From the NCBI GenBank assembly GCA_963760795.1, contig CAVXEP010000017.1:1-64000 (forward strand): a DNA stretch of 64,000 nt, in the 5' to 3' direction. The position numbers and the translations under genes were made by a program. Origin of the DNA: an uncultured delta proteobacterium (GTDB taxonomy: Bacteria > Desulfobacterota > Binatia > UBA9968). This document shows positions 1 through 9,410 of the stretch, one piece after another. The notes beneath the pieces were generated by a model. That model was not told where the DNA came from and did not search any database. It worked only from the letters and a program-made list of their open reading frames with translations. The first letter of the stretch is position 1, and each line of letters opens with the position of its first letter.

Positions 1-245
1 TATACACCTAAAGCTTCAGCGAGCTCTTTTGTTATTGCTCTGGTAAATGTCCCTATGAATATTTTATTTGCTGAGACTTCATCGCCTTGAACGAGCCGTT
101 GAACCCTACGCTTAAGGCCGGTTGTCTTTCCTGATCCGGGGCCTGCAACAACCCGAATTACGGGAGAGTTGTCGCAAATGAGTAAAGGTAGCGCGTCCCC
201 TTCAATCCCATCGAGCCATGGCGTTTCACGGTTTTCAGCGTTCAT
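1..245 (-). CDS. UvrD/PcrA-like superfamily 1 helicase, N-terminal part (runs off window edge)
   Basis: Manual translation from ATG 245: MNAENRETPWLDGIEGDALPLLICDNSPVIRVVAGPGSGKTTGLKRRVQRLVQ...IFIGTFTRAITKEL; Walker A AGPGSGKT and motif Ia TFT; not in ORF track. Confidence 0.85.
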   Translation of the reverse strand, partial: MNAENRETPWLDGIEGDALPLLICDNSPVIRVVAGPGSGKTTGLKRRVQRLVQGDEVSANKIFIGTFTRAITKELAEALGV

Positions 246-411
246 TTCTGTGCCCCTACGTAAGTGCCTGACGGTCAGGCATGGGTATCGACTAACTTGC
301 CCTCTGAACCTCGTCGGCCACAATTTCATTGACGTACGAATTGTGCGGTTGTCTTTGTTTCTCAACAGTCTTGCCGACAGCGCAAACGTTTCGTGCATCT
401 TCCCCTCAATT

Positions 412-971
412 TCAGCTTGCGTGTAACTTCTCCGGCGCTTTCAAGCCACAGGTGGCTCTCCATTCTCCCGGTTCGCTGTCGATGAGCGTGAATAATTTCT
501 GATATTCTTCGACTTGCGCGTTGCCTTCCCAGGGTACGCTCTTGTGGGTGATCATAGCGTCGCGGTTCAGTATCCAGAGCGAGCGATAATAAAATCCACC
601 GTGGGGATGCTCTTTCTTTCGGATCAGGCCATAGCGCCGCGCGATGTCGAGGTCGCTGTCCGAGACGTAGAGATAAGGGAGTTCCTCGCGCAAGAGCGTG
701 AGAGCATATTGGCGATGTTCTTCGAGAGAATCGGGCGAGATCATGACGAGATTGGCTCCCGCCTTAAGAATTTTCGCATAGTCCTGCTTCAACGAAGCAG
801 CCATGCTGGCGGCTCAGTTCGGATGATATCGGTAACTATCCTGAGTCGTGAGAATGAGTTTCTCATGTCGCGCCGCCAGTTGATGCAGCGAAAACCTGCC
901 ATCCGAGGTGTGTCGATGAGAAACTCAGGGGCTTTTACTCCGACTCGTGGCGCTTTCGGTTTGGCGATCAT
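412..971 (-). CDS. Peroxiredoxin-like (AhpC/TSA, redoxin) selenoprotein; in-frame UGA at 816-814; one indel near 910
   Basis: Joined reading: MIAKPKAPRVGVKAPEFLIDT/SDGRFSLHQLAARHEKLILTTQDSYRYHPN*AASMAASLKQDY...VMISPD...LYVSDSDLDIARRYG...RSLWILN; Prx fold motifs; GAGGA RBS before ATG 971; hairpin follows the UGA. Confidence 0.75.
776..806 (-). promoter_or_regulatory. Putative bacterial SECIS element
   Basis: mRNA GCAUGG-CUGCUUC-GUU-GAAGCAG-GA-CUAUGC forms a two-part stem starting at the 8th nt after the UGA, with G in the apical loop. Confidence 0.65.
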
Positions 972-1015
972 ATTAATGTTCCTCGTTACCCTCAGTCCTC
1001 GGGCGACGCTGCTTT

Positions 1016-1621
1016 TTAACCGTAGCCAAAGACTTTTCGCTCCACGGTTCCGGCCTCGGCGTCGTACCAATTGCGCCAGGCGGTCTCCATCTCACGGCTG
1101 CGGATCACCACGCTCCAGTTTTCCGTCCGAGCAATTATCGCATGCGGCGCGCCGACTGGAATGACAATGACTTCTCCGGCACTTTGACGGATCGGCGGCA
1201 GCGGATGCAACTTGGCTCGGCCCGGTTCGCTGCCATCGTCCACGCGCTGGTAAATTTGCTGGACCGTCTCGCCTACCAATATACCGTAAACTGCCCAGCC
1301 GAGCTCGCCATGATCGTGCGGCTGCCGGCTGGTCGTGGAACGCTGGTGCGTAGGGCGGATACAGAATAGATGATCCGGATCCGTATAGAGCCGCCACGAA
1401 CCATAACCATCCTGATCCACAGGCTGGCCGTAGGGTATCGCTTTTCGTGACAGAACCCGTGCCAGCGATTCTTTGATCCGATCGAGGGAAGCGGGATTTG
1501 CTAGAAAGCGTTCCAGGCATTCCTTGCTCCGGCCAAGGATTCGACCGATCGTTGTCTCCGTTTCGAACGCAGAGCGCAGTTCCGCGATAAGGTTCTGCAC
1601 GGGATCGGTTGACTGACTCAT
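1016..1621 (-). CDS. Cysteine-dioxygenase-like cupin metalloenzyme
   Basis: PHDHG...WAVYG...Y.RVDDGS...PHAI, 3-His cupin pattern; GAGGG RBS before ATG 1621. Confidence 0.75.
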   Translation of the reverse strand: MSQSTDPVQNLIAELRSAFETETTIGRILGRSKECLERFLANPASLDRIKESLARVLSRKAIPYGQPVDQDGYGSWRLYTDPDHLFCIRPTHQRSTTSRQPHDHGELGWAVYGILVGETVQQIYQRVDDGSEPGRAKLHPLPPIRQSAGEVIVIPVGAPHAIIARTENWSVVIRSREMETAWRNWYDAEAGTVERKVFGYG

Positions 1622-1772
1622 GATTATCCCTCGTCGGTATTCGAGCACGATCTGGGTCACCGCCAGGTCGGGACTGGCCATATAAACAATCTAATCCCGC
1701 TAACTACTCGACGAATCATCTAGCAATGAGAATTCCCAACATCCACCGTGACACTCCGGCGATTTTCTATCC

Positions 1773-2096
1773 TCACTCAGGGAGATCTTCGAGCTTGGTA
1801 AACCATTTCTTCTCGCCTTCTCTATCGGCACGATCGATAAGCTTCCTAAATCCTTGACGCGGTGCATTGCGGGTACTGTTGGCGGCCTTAGGCGAGCGAC
1901 GCGCAACCTTCTTGGCCGCAACTGCCACAAGCAATCGCCGCTTCCGTTCGAGTTTAACCGCCGACGAGGCAGGAGTAATGGCGATGGTTCCATTTTCCCA
2001 ACGAACCTCGAGCGGCATGCCTGGCTTAATGCCGGACTGCCGCAGAATTTCCTTGGGAATCACCATTCGTCCGGAGCGATCAATGGTCGTTTTCAT
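1773..2096 (-). CDS. AbrB/MazE/SpoVT family DNA-binding protein (antitoxin-like)
   Basis: MKTTIDRSGRMVIPKEILRQSGIKPGMPLEVRWENG is a typical AbrB N-terminus. Confidence 0.85.
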   Translation of the reverse strand: MKTTIDRSGRMVIPKEILRQSGIKPGMPLEVRWENGTIAITPASSAVKLERKRRLLVAVAAKKVARRSPKAANSTRNAPRQGFRKLIDRADREGEKKWFTKLEDLPE

Positions 2097-2169
2097 GGTA
2101 TGGCCCTATTCCTTTAGGCGGACCGTCTGCTGAGCCGGGCGCTTTAATGAAATCCCCTGTGAATGACGG

Positions 2170-3842
2170 TTAGGCTTTGTTATCGTACGCCGACTTCTTA
2201 AACTCCGTCCGCATCTCCGACTGCAATCGTCCCAGGCGATACTTCTGCCAGTCCATAAACTTCCCCGACTCGGCCAGCGCCGGATGGACGGATTGAATCT
2301 TGCGCCACATCTCCTGGCAGATGAATCGATAGTCGGGATGGCCTTGCGGCATGGTGCGCAGCTCGCACATGTGCAGGGCTTCGCGCAGGTTCATCTTCAT
2401 GTACCAGCGGATCTTGTAGGCGAACGGCACGACGTACTGCGCTTCACTCGGCAGATCGGCATAAATCTGCTCGTACAACTCCGCCGTGCGTTTCATGCAA
2501 GCGGTCGAACTCGCTCTTGAACCCGCCCGCTTCGATCTCCGGCGGCGTGTCGTAGCCGTGCACCGTGGTAAAATCCTGGCGCTCCTGGGTGAGAATCCGG
2601 TGACGGTGCAGATCGCGGTACAATCCTAGATTGCCGAGAATATCGAAGGTGTAATAGACGTTCTCGAAAGCCCGGCTCAACTTGTCGCGGCGGTGGCGCC
2701 GCTTGGCAAAGTATTCTTGAAAAATCTGCTGGCGCTCCGCTTGGCTCAGCGCCGCCGGCGATCTTGCGCAATTGCTCCAGCGGTTGGCGCGCCTGGCCGT
2801 AGAGAATCGCCGCGAGCACTTTCTCTTCCGCGTCCGCATCGTAATCGACCAGCGTCACCGGCTCGTTGGCGGCGACCGGAGTCTGAGCCGTCGCACCGGC
2901 CGCCAGCGCTTTCGCCGCCGCGGTCGTCGCGACCAGATAGTCATTGCGCTGCGCCCGTTTGACGAAGGACGGAATCAGTTGATTCAGTTCGCCGTGAATC
3001 GCCGCGCCGAGCGCTTGCGCTTCGCTCAAGTCGTGCGAGTAGAACTTGCTGATCAGATACTCGAACGCCTGGCCGGCGCCGAACATGCCGACGTTGGTCA
3101 GCGTCGCCGCCGGCAGATAACTGCGCAGCACGTCGCAAGCCTGCGCCCGCACCGTGGCGCGGTAGGCGGTCTCGGCCCAGCGCTTTAACCGCTCGTCTTT
3201 CGCCGCTTCGCCGTAACTCAAACCTTTGCCCGAAACCGGATCGCGGACTTCGAGCTGGTCGATCGGCAGCGATTTGGCGACGTGATCGAGCATCGGCTCC
3301 ATCTGTTTGGAGTAGGTTTCGAACAGCAGATTCATCACTTCGAGATAAGCGTCGCGGTGGCGCGACGCCATGATTTTCGGCTCGCGGTAAAAGAGATAAT
3401 TACCGGCGGCGTCCTTCTGATCGAAGCGCACATAGCGCGTCGACTTTTCCAGCGGCGCGATGCCGATGCGCGCGTCTTCCAATAATTTCGCGGCCACGTT
3501 GGAAATGTTTTCGCAGGCGATATGCGCCCCGCCCAACTGGGCGACGGAATCGTCGCCATAGCCAACCAGCACTCGCTCGAAGAACGCCCGGGCTTTTTTC
3601 ACCGCCGCGCTATCGTCGCCGGCGGGCAACTGGCCGCCGAGCAGGTCTTTCAACGCCAGCTCGGGGTCGCCGAGAAACTCGTCGAGGAAAGTCCGGCGCA
3701 AATCTTTGGCCGAGCGGCTGTAGCGGGAGAACAGCGCGCCGGCCACTTCCTGCGGCAGTTTGAGCCCAAAGGTGTCGCGTTCGAGATTGGTAAAAAAAGG
3801 CGCTAGCCGTTTTTGTTCGTCGGAGCTGAACTCTGGGGCCAT
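2170..3842 (-). CDS. thyX: FAD-dependent thymidylate synthase, long tandem-domain form (two indels, ~2497 and ~2750)
   Basis: ALFSRYSRS, GYGDDSVAQL, LEKSTRYV, RDLHRHR, ELRTMPQGHPDYR spread over ORFs 2493..3842, 2444..2839 and 2170..2496. Confidence 0.85.
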
Positions 3843-3935
3843 GCGTCAAGTATCCTTATAATAGGTGGCAGCGGGAATCGGAACGATACGTGACCATAAC
3901 CAAGCGCGACGGTGACGGCAAGCCACAGCCGAGAA

Positions 3936-5120
3936 TCAAGCGGCGGCTTCCGGCCGGCAGATGGCGTGGACCAAGGATTCGAGCAACCGGGTTTTTTTGC
4001 CGGACAGATGGATGAAGGGCGCCAGGAGCGCCGGACGATACATCAAAAAGCGAATCGCCCCATTCAAGCCGCGGCGCCGGCGAAAATCCCCACGGCAGCT
4101 CCGCTCGTATTGCCACAACGCTCGGGCGGAAAAATCTCCCTGGTTAAATGCTCGATCGACGGTGGCGGCGGCGATGGCGGCGCTGCGCATGGCGAAATAG
4201 ATCCCTTCGCCGCTTACCGGCTCGTTAACTCGCGCGGCATCGCCGATCAGCATGAGGCCGGCGTCAACCGAGCGGCGCGGCGGGAAATAGACCGGATAGG
4301 TCGAACGCACCGCCCCCACCGGCTCGCTCGCGCGCAGGATCTCGCGCAGATGGGGATTCCGCGGCAGATGAGATTGCAGCAATGGCTCGATACCAACGCG
4401 CTCGCCAAAGCGCCGGCCATCGACGGCCAAGCAAAGGTTGATCGTGCCATCGCCAAGACCCAACAACCCGGCGTAGCCGCCGGGGAAAAGATGGATTTCA
4501 ATCCGGCCCTGCAGACCTGGCGAATAGTTGAGCCGCAGTTGAAAGCCGATACGCCCGCCGCCGTGGGCCGCCGGCCTGGCCATCCCGAGATGGTGCGCCA
4601 CCCAAGAGTTACGGCCATCGGCACCGATCAATACCCGCGCGTTGAGTTCGTCGACGGACTCGCCACGGCCATAGCTAAGCCGCCAGCCATGCGCCAGGCG
4701 ATGTAACGCTTTGACCCGGTAGCCTAGCAGGGCGGTCGCGCCTTCCTGCCGCGCTTTTCGCAGAAGAATTTGATCGAAGAAAAAGCGCCTGAGCCCCAGG
4801 CCGTAAACCGGCGTGCCGTCAATCGTCGGCAGCGCCGCTTCGGCCGCCGCGCCCGAGACGGCAGTGATGCGAAACGCCGTGACGACTTCGTGATCCTGCG
4901 TGTATAGCTCGCGGGTCACGCCAAGCTGGGCAAGCATCGGCCAGTTGCTTGGATTGATAAAATCGCCGCAGAGTTTCTCGCGCGGGAACTCTTCTTTGTC
5001 GATCAGCGCGACCGCGTAACCGCGCCGCGCCAGCGAAATGGCCGATGCGGCGCCAGCCGGGCCGGCGCCGATAATGATAACGTCAAAGTCAGTCTGCATC
5101 AGCTGGCGATCTCGATCCAC
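3936..5120 (-). CDS. NAD(P)/FAD-dependent oxidoreductase (geranylgeranyl reductase-like)
   Basis: GAGPAG, FPREKLCG, IGADG, GDAA...P.SGEGI motifs. Confidence 0.85.
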   Translation of the reverse strand: MDRDRQLMQTDFDVIIIGAGPAGAASAISLARRGYAVALIDKEEFPREKLCGDFINPSNWPMLAQLGVTRELYTQDHEVVTAFRITAVSGAAAEAALPTIDGTPVYGLGLRRFFFDQILLRKARQEGATALLGYRVKALHRLAHGWRLSYGRGESVDELNARVLIGADGRNSWVAHHLGMARPAAHGGGRIGFQLRLNYSPGLQGRIEIHLFPGGYAGLLGLGDGTINLCLAVDGRRFGERVGIEPLLQSHLPRNPHLREILRASEPVGAVRSTYPVYFPPRRSVDAGLMLIGDAARVNEPVSGEGIYFAMRSAAIAAATVDRAFNQGDFSARALWQYERSCRGDFRRRRGLNGAIRFLMYRPALLAPFIHLSGKKTRLLESLVHAICRPEAAA

Positions 5121-5797
5121 GCGCTCATGCGAAACGGCAGTAGCGGCGTGACCTGAAATTTGCCGACGCCGGCGCGACGAAACAGCTCACGCCACTCAGC
5201 CAAGGTAAACGCCCGCTGCACCGATAGCGGCGCGTCGGTCCGCGTCATGATATTTTTCGTGCTCATGCGCGTCAGCGCTTGGATGCCGTAGTAGGCCAGC
5301 GGATGGCGCACCAGATCGCTGACGACGATCGCCCGGCGCGCCAGCGTCGCCCAAGTTTGCAACAGCGCGACGATCTCGGCTTCGGAAAAATGGTGCAGGA
5401 ACTGCGACGCCAAGACACAATCGAAACGCTTTGGCGCAAACGGCGGCGCCAGCGCATCACCGCGCAGGACGGCGATCTCACGCCAGCCGGCAACTTGGGT
5501 GGCCGCCACCGCCACAGTCACCGGATCGCGGTCGAGGCTGACAACCGTCGAGTCAATATGATTGTCCCGGCACCAGCGCACGATCTCGGTAGCGACATCG
5601 CCGCTGCCGGCGCCGACATCGAGCACGGCAAGCTGCCGTAAATTCTGCCGCCGCACGAACTGGGCGATGCCGTGGCGCACACAACGGGCGCCGCCCAAGT
5701 AGCGATTGAGCCGGCGCAGATTGCGCAGATCCTCCTCGAGCAGCTCCCGAGGGTTATCGGCGCTGTCCATCATCTCGGCTGCGGCGCTACGTTTCAT
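5099..5797 (-). CDS. SAM-dependent methyltransferase
   Basis: VLDVGAGSGD, SQFLHHF, SDLVR, DAPLSVQRAFT. Confidence 0.85.
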   Translation of the reverse strand: MKRSAAAEMMDSADNPRELLEEDLRNLRRLNRYLGGARCVRHGIAQFVRRQNLRQLAVLDVGAGSGDVATEIVRWCRDNHIDSTVVSLDRDPVTVAVAATQVAGWREIAVLRGDALAPPFAPKRFDCVLASQFLHHFSEAEIVALLQTWATLARRAIVVSDLVRHPLAYYGIQALTRMSTKNIMTRTDAPLSVQRAFTLAEWRELFRRAGVGKFQVTPLLPFRMSAWIEIAS

Positions 5798-6149
5798 AGG
5801 AATAATTTACCAAGTACGCGCTGCCTGCGCGAAACTTTCTCGGACTGGGATAATTCCTCCCGCCAAGGCGCCCAGGCGACTTGACCCAAGACGAAACCAT
5901 CGCGCGCGCGGTCGAAGGGACGCGCGGCGGTCTTGGTTGTGAAAAGCGCTCGCCACGCGCATCACGCACAAGCCCTGCATGATGACCGGGTGTGTGATCG
6001 TCGCGTCGATGCCGGTGATAACACGCGGCGGGTGCTAGCGCAATTTTTTCGCAAGCTCATCTTGACTCGCTGGGAGCGACGAGGTTTCATTCTTAAGATA
6101 TCATTCGCAGTGGAGTCCGGGAAGCTCGGCTCGATAGGAACAGGGCAAA

Positions 6150-7058
6150 ATGCAGTTAGTGCTCACAGGTGCATCGGGATTTATCGGTTCCGTGCTATGC
6201 GCCCGCTTGCTGCAGGCGGGCCACAGCCTGGTGTTACTGACCCATGGCGCGCCAGCCAACGCCAGCACAGCGGGAAAACGCTGGATCCATTGGACCCCGG
6301 GAACCATGGGCGAGTGGGCCGAGGCCGTCGCCGTCGCCGACGGCGTGATCAACCTCGCCGGCGAACCCATCGCCGGACGCAGGTGGACAGACCGCCAACA
6401 GCAGCGCTTGCAACAAAGCCGCTACGATGCCACCCGGAGCATCGTCCAAGCCTGCGCGAGAGCGCAACAAAAACCGAAATTCTTGATCAACGCTTCGGCG
6501 GTCGGCTATTACGGTCCGCACCAAGACGAATTACTCCGCGAGGACGCGCCAGCGGGAAATGATTTTCTCGCCAAGCTTTGCTTTGGCTGGGAGGCCGAAG
6601 CGAGCGCTGCCGAGGCTCTCGGCCTGCGCGTCGTCCGGTTGCGCACCGGCATCGTCCTCGGCCCCGGCGGCGGTGCGCTGAAGAAGATGGTGCAGCCGTT
6701 CAAACTATTTGCCGGCGGCTATCTGGGTTCGGGACAACAATGGATGTCGTGGATCCATCTCGATGACGAAGTAAATCTCATTCTCCATCTTATCGCCAAT
6801 ACTTCCATAGCGGGGCCGGTTAATGCGACCGCGCCCAATCCGGTGCGCAATCTAGAGTTCAGCCAAACCCTGGGGCGGGTGCTGCATCGTCCCTGTTGGC
6901 TGCCGGTGCCGGCAATCGCGCTGCGCCTTGGCCTGGGCAAGATGGCCGAAATGCTGCTGACCGGTCAGCGGGTGATTCCCGCCGCGGCGCAGCGGTCCGG
7001 TTTCCAATTTCGTTATCCGAACCTTAAAGAAGCTCTCGAAGCCTGCGTGGGCGGCTAA
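6150..7058 (+). CDS. TIGR01777/YfcH-like NAD-dependent epimerase family protein
   Basis: TGASGFIG, INLAGEPI..RW, SAVGYYG, SWIHLDD, GPVNATAPNPV. Confidence 0.9.
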   Translation: MQLVLTGASGFIGSVLCARLLQAGHSLVLLTHGAPANASTAGKRWIHWTPGTMGEWAEAVAVADGVINLAGEPIAGRRWTDRQQQRLQQSRYDATRSIVQACARAQQKPKFLINASAVGYYGPHQDELLREDAPAGNDFLAKLCFGWEAEASAAEALGLRVVRLRTGIVLGPGGGALKKMVQPFKLFAGGYLGSGQQWMSWIHLDDEVNLILHLIANTSIAGPVNATAPNPVRNLEFSQTLGRVLHRPCWLPVPAIALRLGLGKMAEMLLTGQRVIPAAAQRSGFQFRYPNLKEALEACVGG

Positions 7059-7095
7059 CATTTTTACTCGTGACTCGATCGTCAGACTATTAGGT

Positions 7096-7902
7096 ATGGA
7101 GTTTGATAGCCAAATTATCTTGATTACCGGCGCCTCCAGCGGCATCGGCAAGCAGCTGGCCATCGATTTCGCCAAGCGCGGCGCCGTGGTCATCGGCTGC
7201 GGCCGGTCCATCGCCAGGCTGAAAGACGTGCTCAAGCAAGTGCGCCAGACCAGTCCCACGTCATTGATGATCGGCTGCGACGTCGGCGATCCGGAGCAAG
7301 TCCATGGCATGATCGAAAGAGTGCTCACCGACTACGGCGGGGTCGATATCTTGATCAACAACGCCGGCATCGGCATGCGCAAACCATTCCACCAGACCGA
7401 CTTGACTACTGTTGAAGAGATCATGCGCGTTAACTACTTCGGCGCAGTCTACTGCACCCATGAATTGCTGCCGTCGATGATCGCCCGGGGCAAGGGCCAG
7501 ATCGTCAACATCTCCTCCGTCGCCGGCAATATCGGCACGCTCAATATGGCCGCCTACTGCGCGTCGAAGTTCGCCATGAACGGCTGGTCGGAGAGTCTCT
7601 ATCACGAGCTCACACCGCTCGGCGTGAAAGTGTCGCTGGTCTGTCCGGGACCGGTGCACACCGGTTTCAGCCGCAACTTTCGCGACAGCGAGCCGCATTC
7701 GCCGCCGTCGCTGTTCGTCGACGCCAGCGACGTCAGCCAAGCAGTCTTCAAGGTGATCGAGCACAATCGCTTCGAGCTTGTCATGCCGCGTTGGCTGGCG
7801 CTGATATGTTGGTTGAAGAGAGTGTCGCCCGGCCTGTTTCGCTATCTGGCGCAGCGCCGCTTTCGTCCCTATGTGACGGTTCCGGCGAGCCGGCGCTCTT
7901 GA
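7096..7902 (+). CDS. Short-chain dehydrogenase/reductase
   Basis: TGASSGIG, NNAG, YCASK. Confidence 0.9.
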   Translation: MEFDSQIILITGASSGIGKQLAIDFAKRGAVVIGCGRSIARLKDVLKQVRQTSPTSLMIGCDVGDPEQVHGMIERVLTDYGGVDILINNAGIGMRKPFHQTDLTTVEEIMRVNYFGAVYCTHELLPSMIARGKGQIVNISSVAGNIGTLNMAAYCASKFAMNGWSESLYHELTPLGVKVSLVCPGPVHTGFSRNFRDSEPHSPPSLFVDASDVSQAVFKVIEHNRFELVMPRWLALICWLKRVSPGLFRYLAQRRFRPYVTVPASRRS

Positions 7903-7963
7903 ATAATCGCTCAGGGAATTTATGATCGCTGGATTCATCATGTGGAGTACCGGAGATAGAAAA

Positions 7964-8560
7964 TTGAAAACACCATGGCTCATGGCCGGCTTGGTTGCCG
8001 GCGTATTAGCGGCAAATCCGCTCTTCGGCCAGCTCGGACCCAAAGATCCAACCAGCGGCAGCGCCACCGAAATCGACCGCATCAAAATCGGTCAAGCCGC
8101 CCCCGACTTCGGCCTGGAAAACGTCGAAGGCCAAGCCATCAACCTGTCCGACTTTCGCGGCAAGAAAGCGGTGGTGTTGGTTTTCTACCGCGGTTACTGG
8201 TGACCCTTCTGCATGGAACAGCTCGGGAAGCTGAAAAGCCTTTTGACCAAAGCACAGAAAGACAAGGTGCAGATCCTCGCGGTCAGCGTCGATACCCGGG
8301 AGGAATCGAAAAAATTCGGCGAGATGCTGCGCAAGCGCTTCGACGGCGAATTCGATTTTCCGCTATTGGAAGACAAGGATCATAAAGTGATCGACCGCTA
8401 TGGGATTTTTAACCCGGACGGCAAAGGCTGGCCCTACCCATCGACCTTCGTAATCGATCCCCAGGGTGTGGTGCGCTGGCGCTTCATCGAAAAGACCCAA
8501 GACAAACGGCCGTCCAATCAGCAGATCGTCGCCGAACTGAGAAAGATCAAGTCGCTGTAG
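7964..8560 (+). CDS. Exported peroxiredoxin-like (AhpC/TSA) selenoprotein with UxxC motif; in-frame UGA 8201-8203
   Basis: ORFs 7922..8203 and 8213..8560 are in the same frame, joined by TGA: VVLVFYRGYW*PFCMEQL; signal-peptide-like N-terminus from TTG 7964 after GGAG. Confidence 0.88.
8219..8233 (+). promoter_or_regulatory. Putative SECIS hairpin
   Basis: CAGCT-CGGGA-AGCTG stem-loop 15 nt downstream of the UGA, with G-rich loop. Confidence 0.55.
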
Positions 8561-8651
8561 TCTCCTGACCTCGAAAGAGACCTACCCATTGCTCATAAGC
8601 TTCCCCCCTTTGAAAGAGCGGGGGAGATTGTGAGTATGAAGCGCTGAAAAT

Positions 8652-9410
8652 TTAATGTTTGCGCAGATCGCCCGCGGCATCCTCGGTAATAAACCAGGTG
8701 AGCTTACCGTGACTGGGTTTGATGCGCGCGGCCGGCGCGTCGCTGTATTGGCCAGTGAGTATGTCTTTCACGACGGCAACCTTGCTTTGCCCGGCAATCA
8801 AAAAACTAATCTGCGCGGCGTTATTGATCGCCGGGAACGTTAACGTCAGCCGATGCGTCTTGAGTTTCTCCACATAAGTCGCTGTCACCCAACGATCGGT
8901 GTCGGTCAACGCCGAACTATCGGGAAACAACGACGCTGTATGACCGTCCTCGCCAAGACCGAGAAAAATTAGATCAAAGCGCGGTGGTTTAGTTTCCGGC
9001 AAATCGAAGAAACCAGTTAACTGCGCTGCATATGCCGCTGCAGCAACCTCGGGCGCGAGTTCAGCCGCCATGCGGTGAACATTTTCACTGGGAATGGCGA
9101 TCTTGGCCAGCAACGCTTCCTTGACCATGCGATAATTGCTCTCGGCATGATCCGGCGCGACACAGCGCTCGTCACCGAAGAATAAATGAATGTGCCGCCA
9201 GTCAAGCTGTTCGCTGAACTCCGCTGTCGCTAACAAGGAATAAAGCGCTTTGGGTGTCGAGCCGCCGGACAGGGCCACGGCGAACCGGCCGCGCGCGGCG
9301 ATCGCCTCGCGCGCCAAGGCGACGAATTGCTCCGCCGCCTTGCGGCTGAGGCCGTCGACATCGCGGCATATGACTATATCTCGTTCAGTCACGGGCGAGA
9401 AAAGCGCCAT
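8652..9410 (-). CDS. pgl: 6-phosphogluconolactonase
   Basis: ALSGGSTP, GDERCV, SNY, LGLGEDGHTASLFP. Confidence 0.95.
   Translation of the reverse strand: MALFSPVTERDIVICRDVDGLSRKAAEQFVALAREAIAARGRFAVALSGGSTPKALYSLLATAEFSEQLDWRHIHLFFGDERCVAPDHAESNYRMVKEALLAKIAIPSENVHRMAAELAPEVAAAAYAAQLTGFFDLPETKPPRFDLIFLGLGEDGHTASLFPDSSALTDTDRWVTATYVEKLKTHRLTLTFPAINNAAQISFLIAGQSKVAVVKDILTGQYSDAPAARIKPSHGKLTWFITEDAAGDLRKH

Noticed and set aside
260-347. Small palindromes upstream of the helicase (TGCCTGAC-G-GTCAGGCA; CACAATT...AATTGTG)
   Set aside because: Single occurrences; cannot tell operator from terminator or chance.
5797-6150. Riboswitch or ncRNA in the long divergent intergenic region
   Set aside because: GC-rich pairing is possible, but I recognise no Rfam consensus; it contains only a degenerate CGCCAAG repeat arm.
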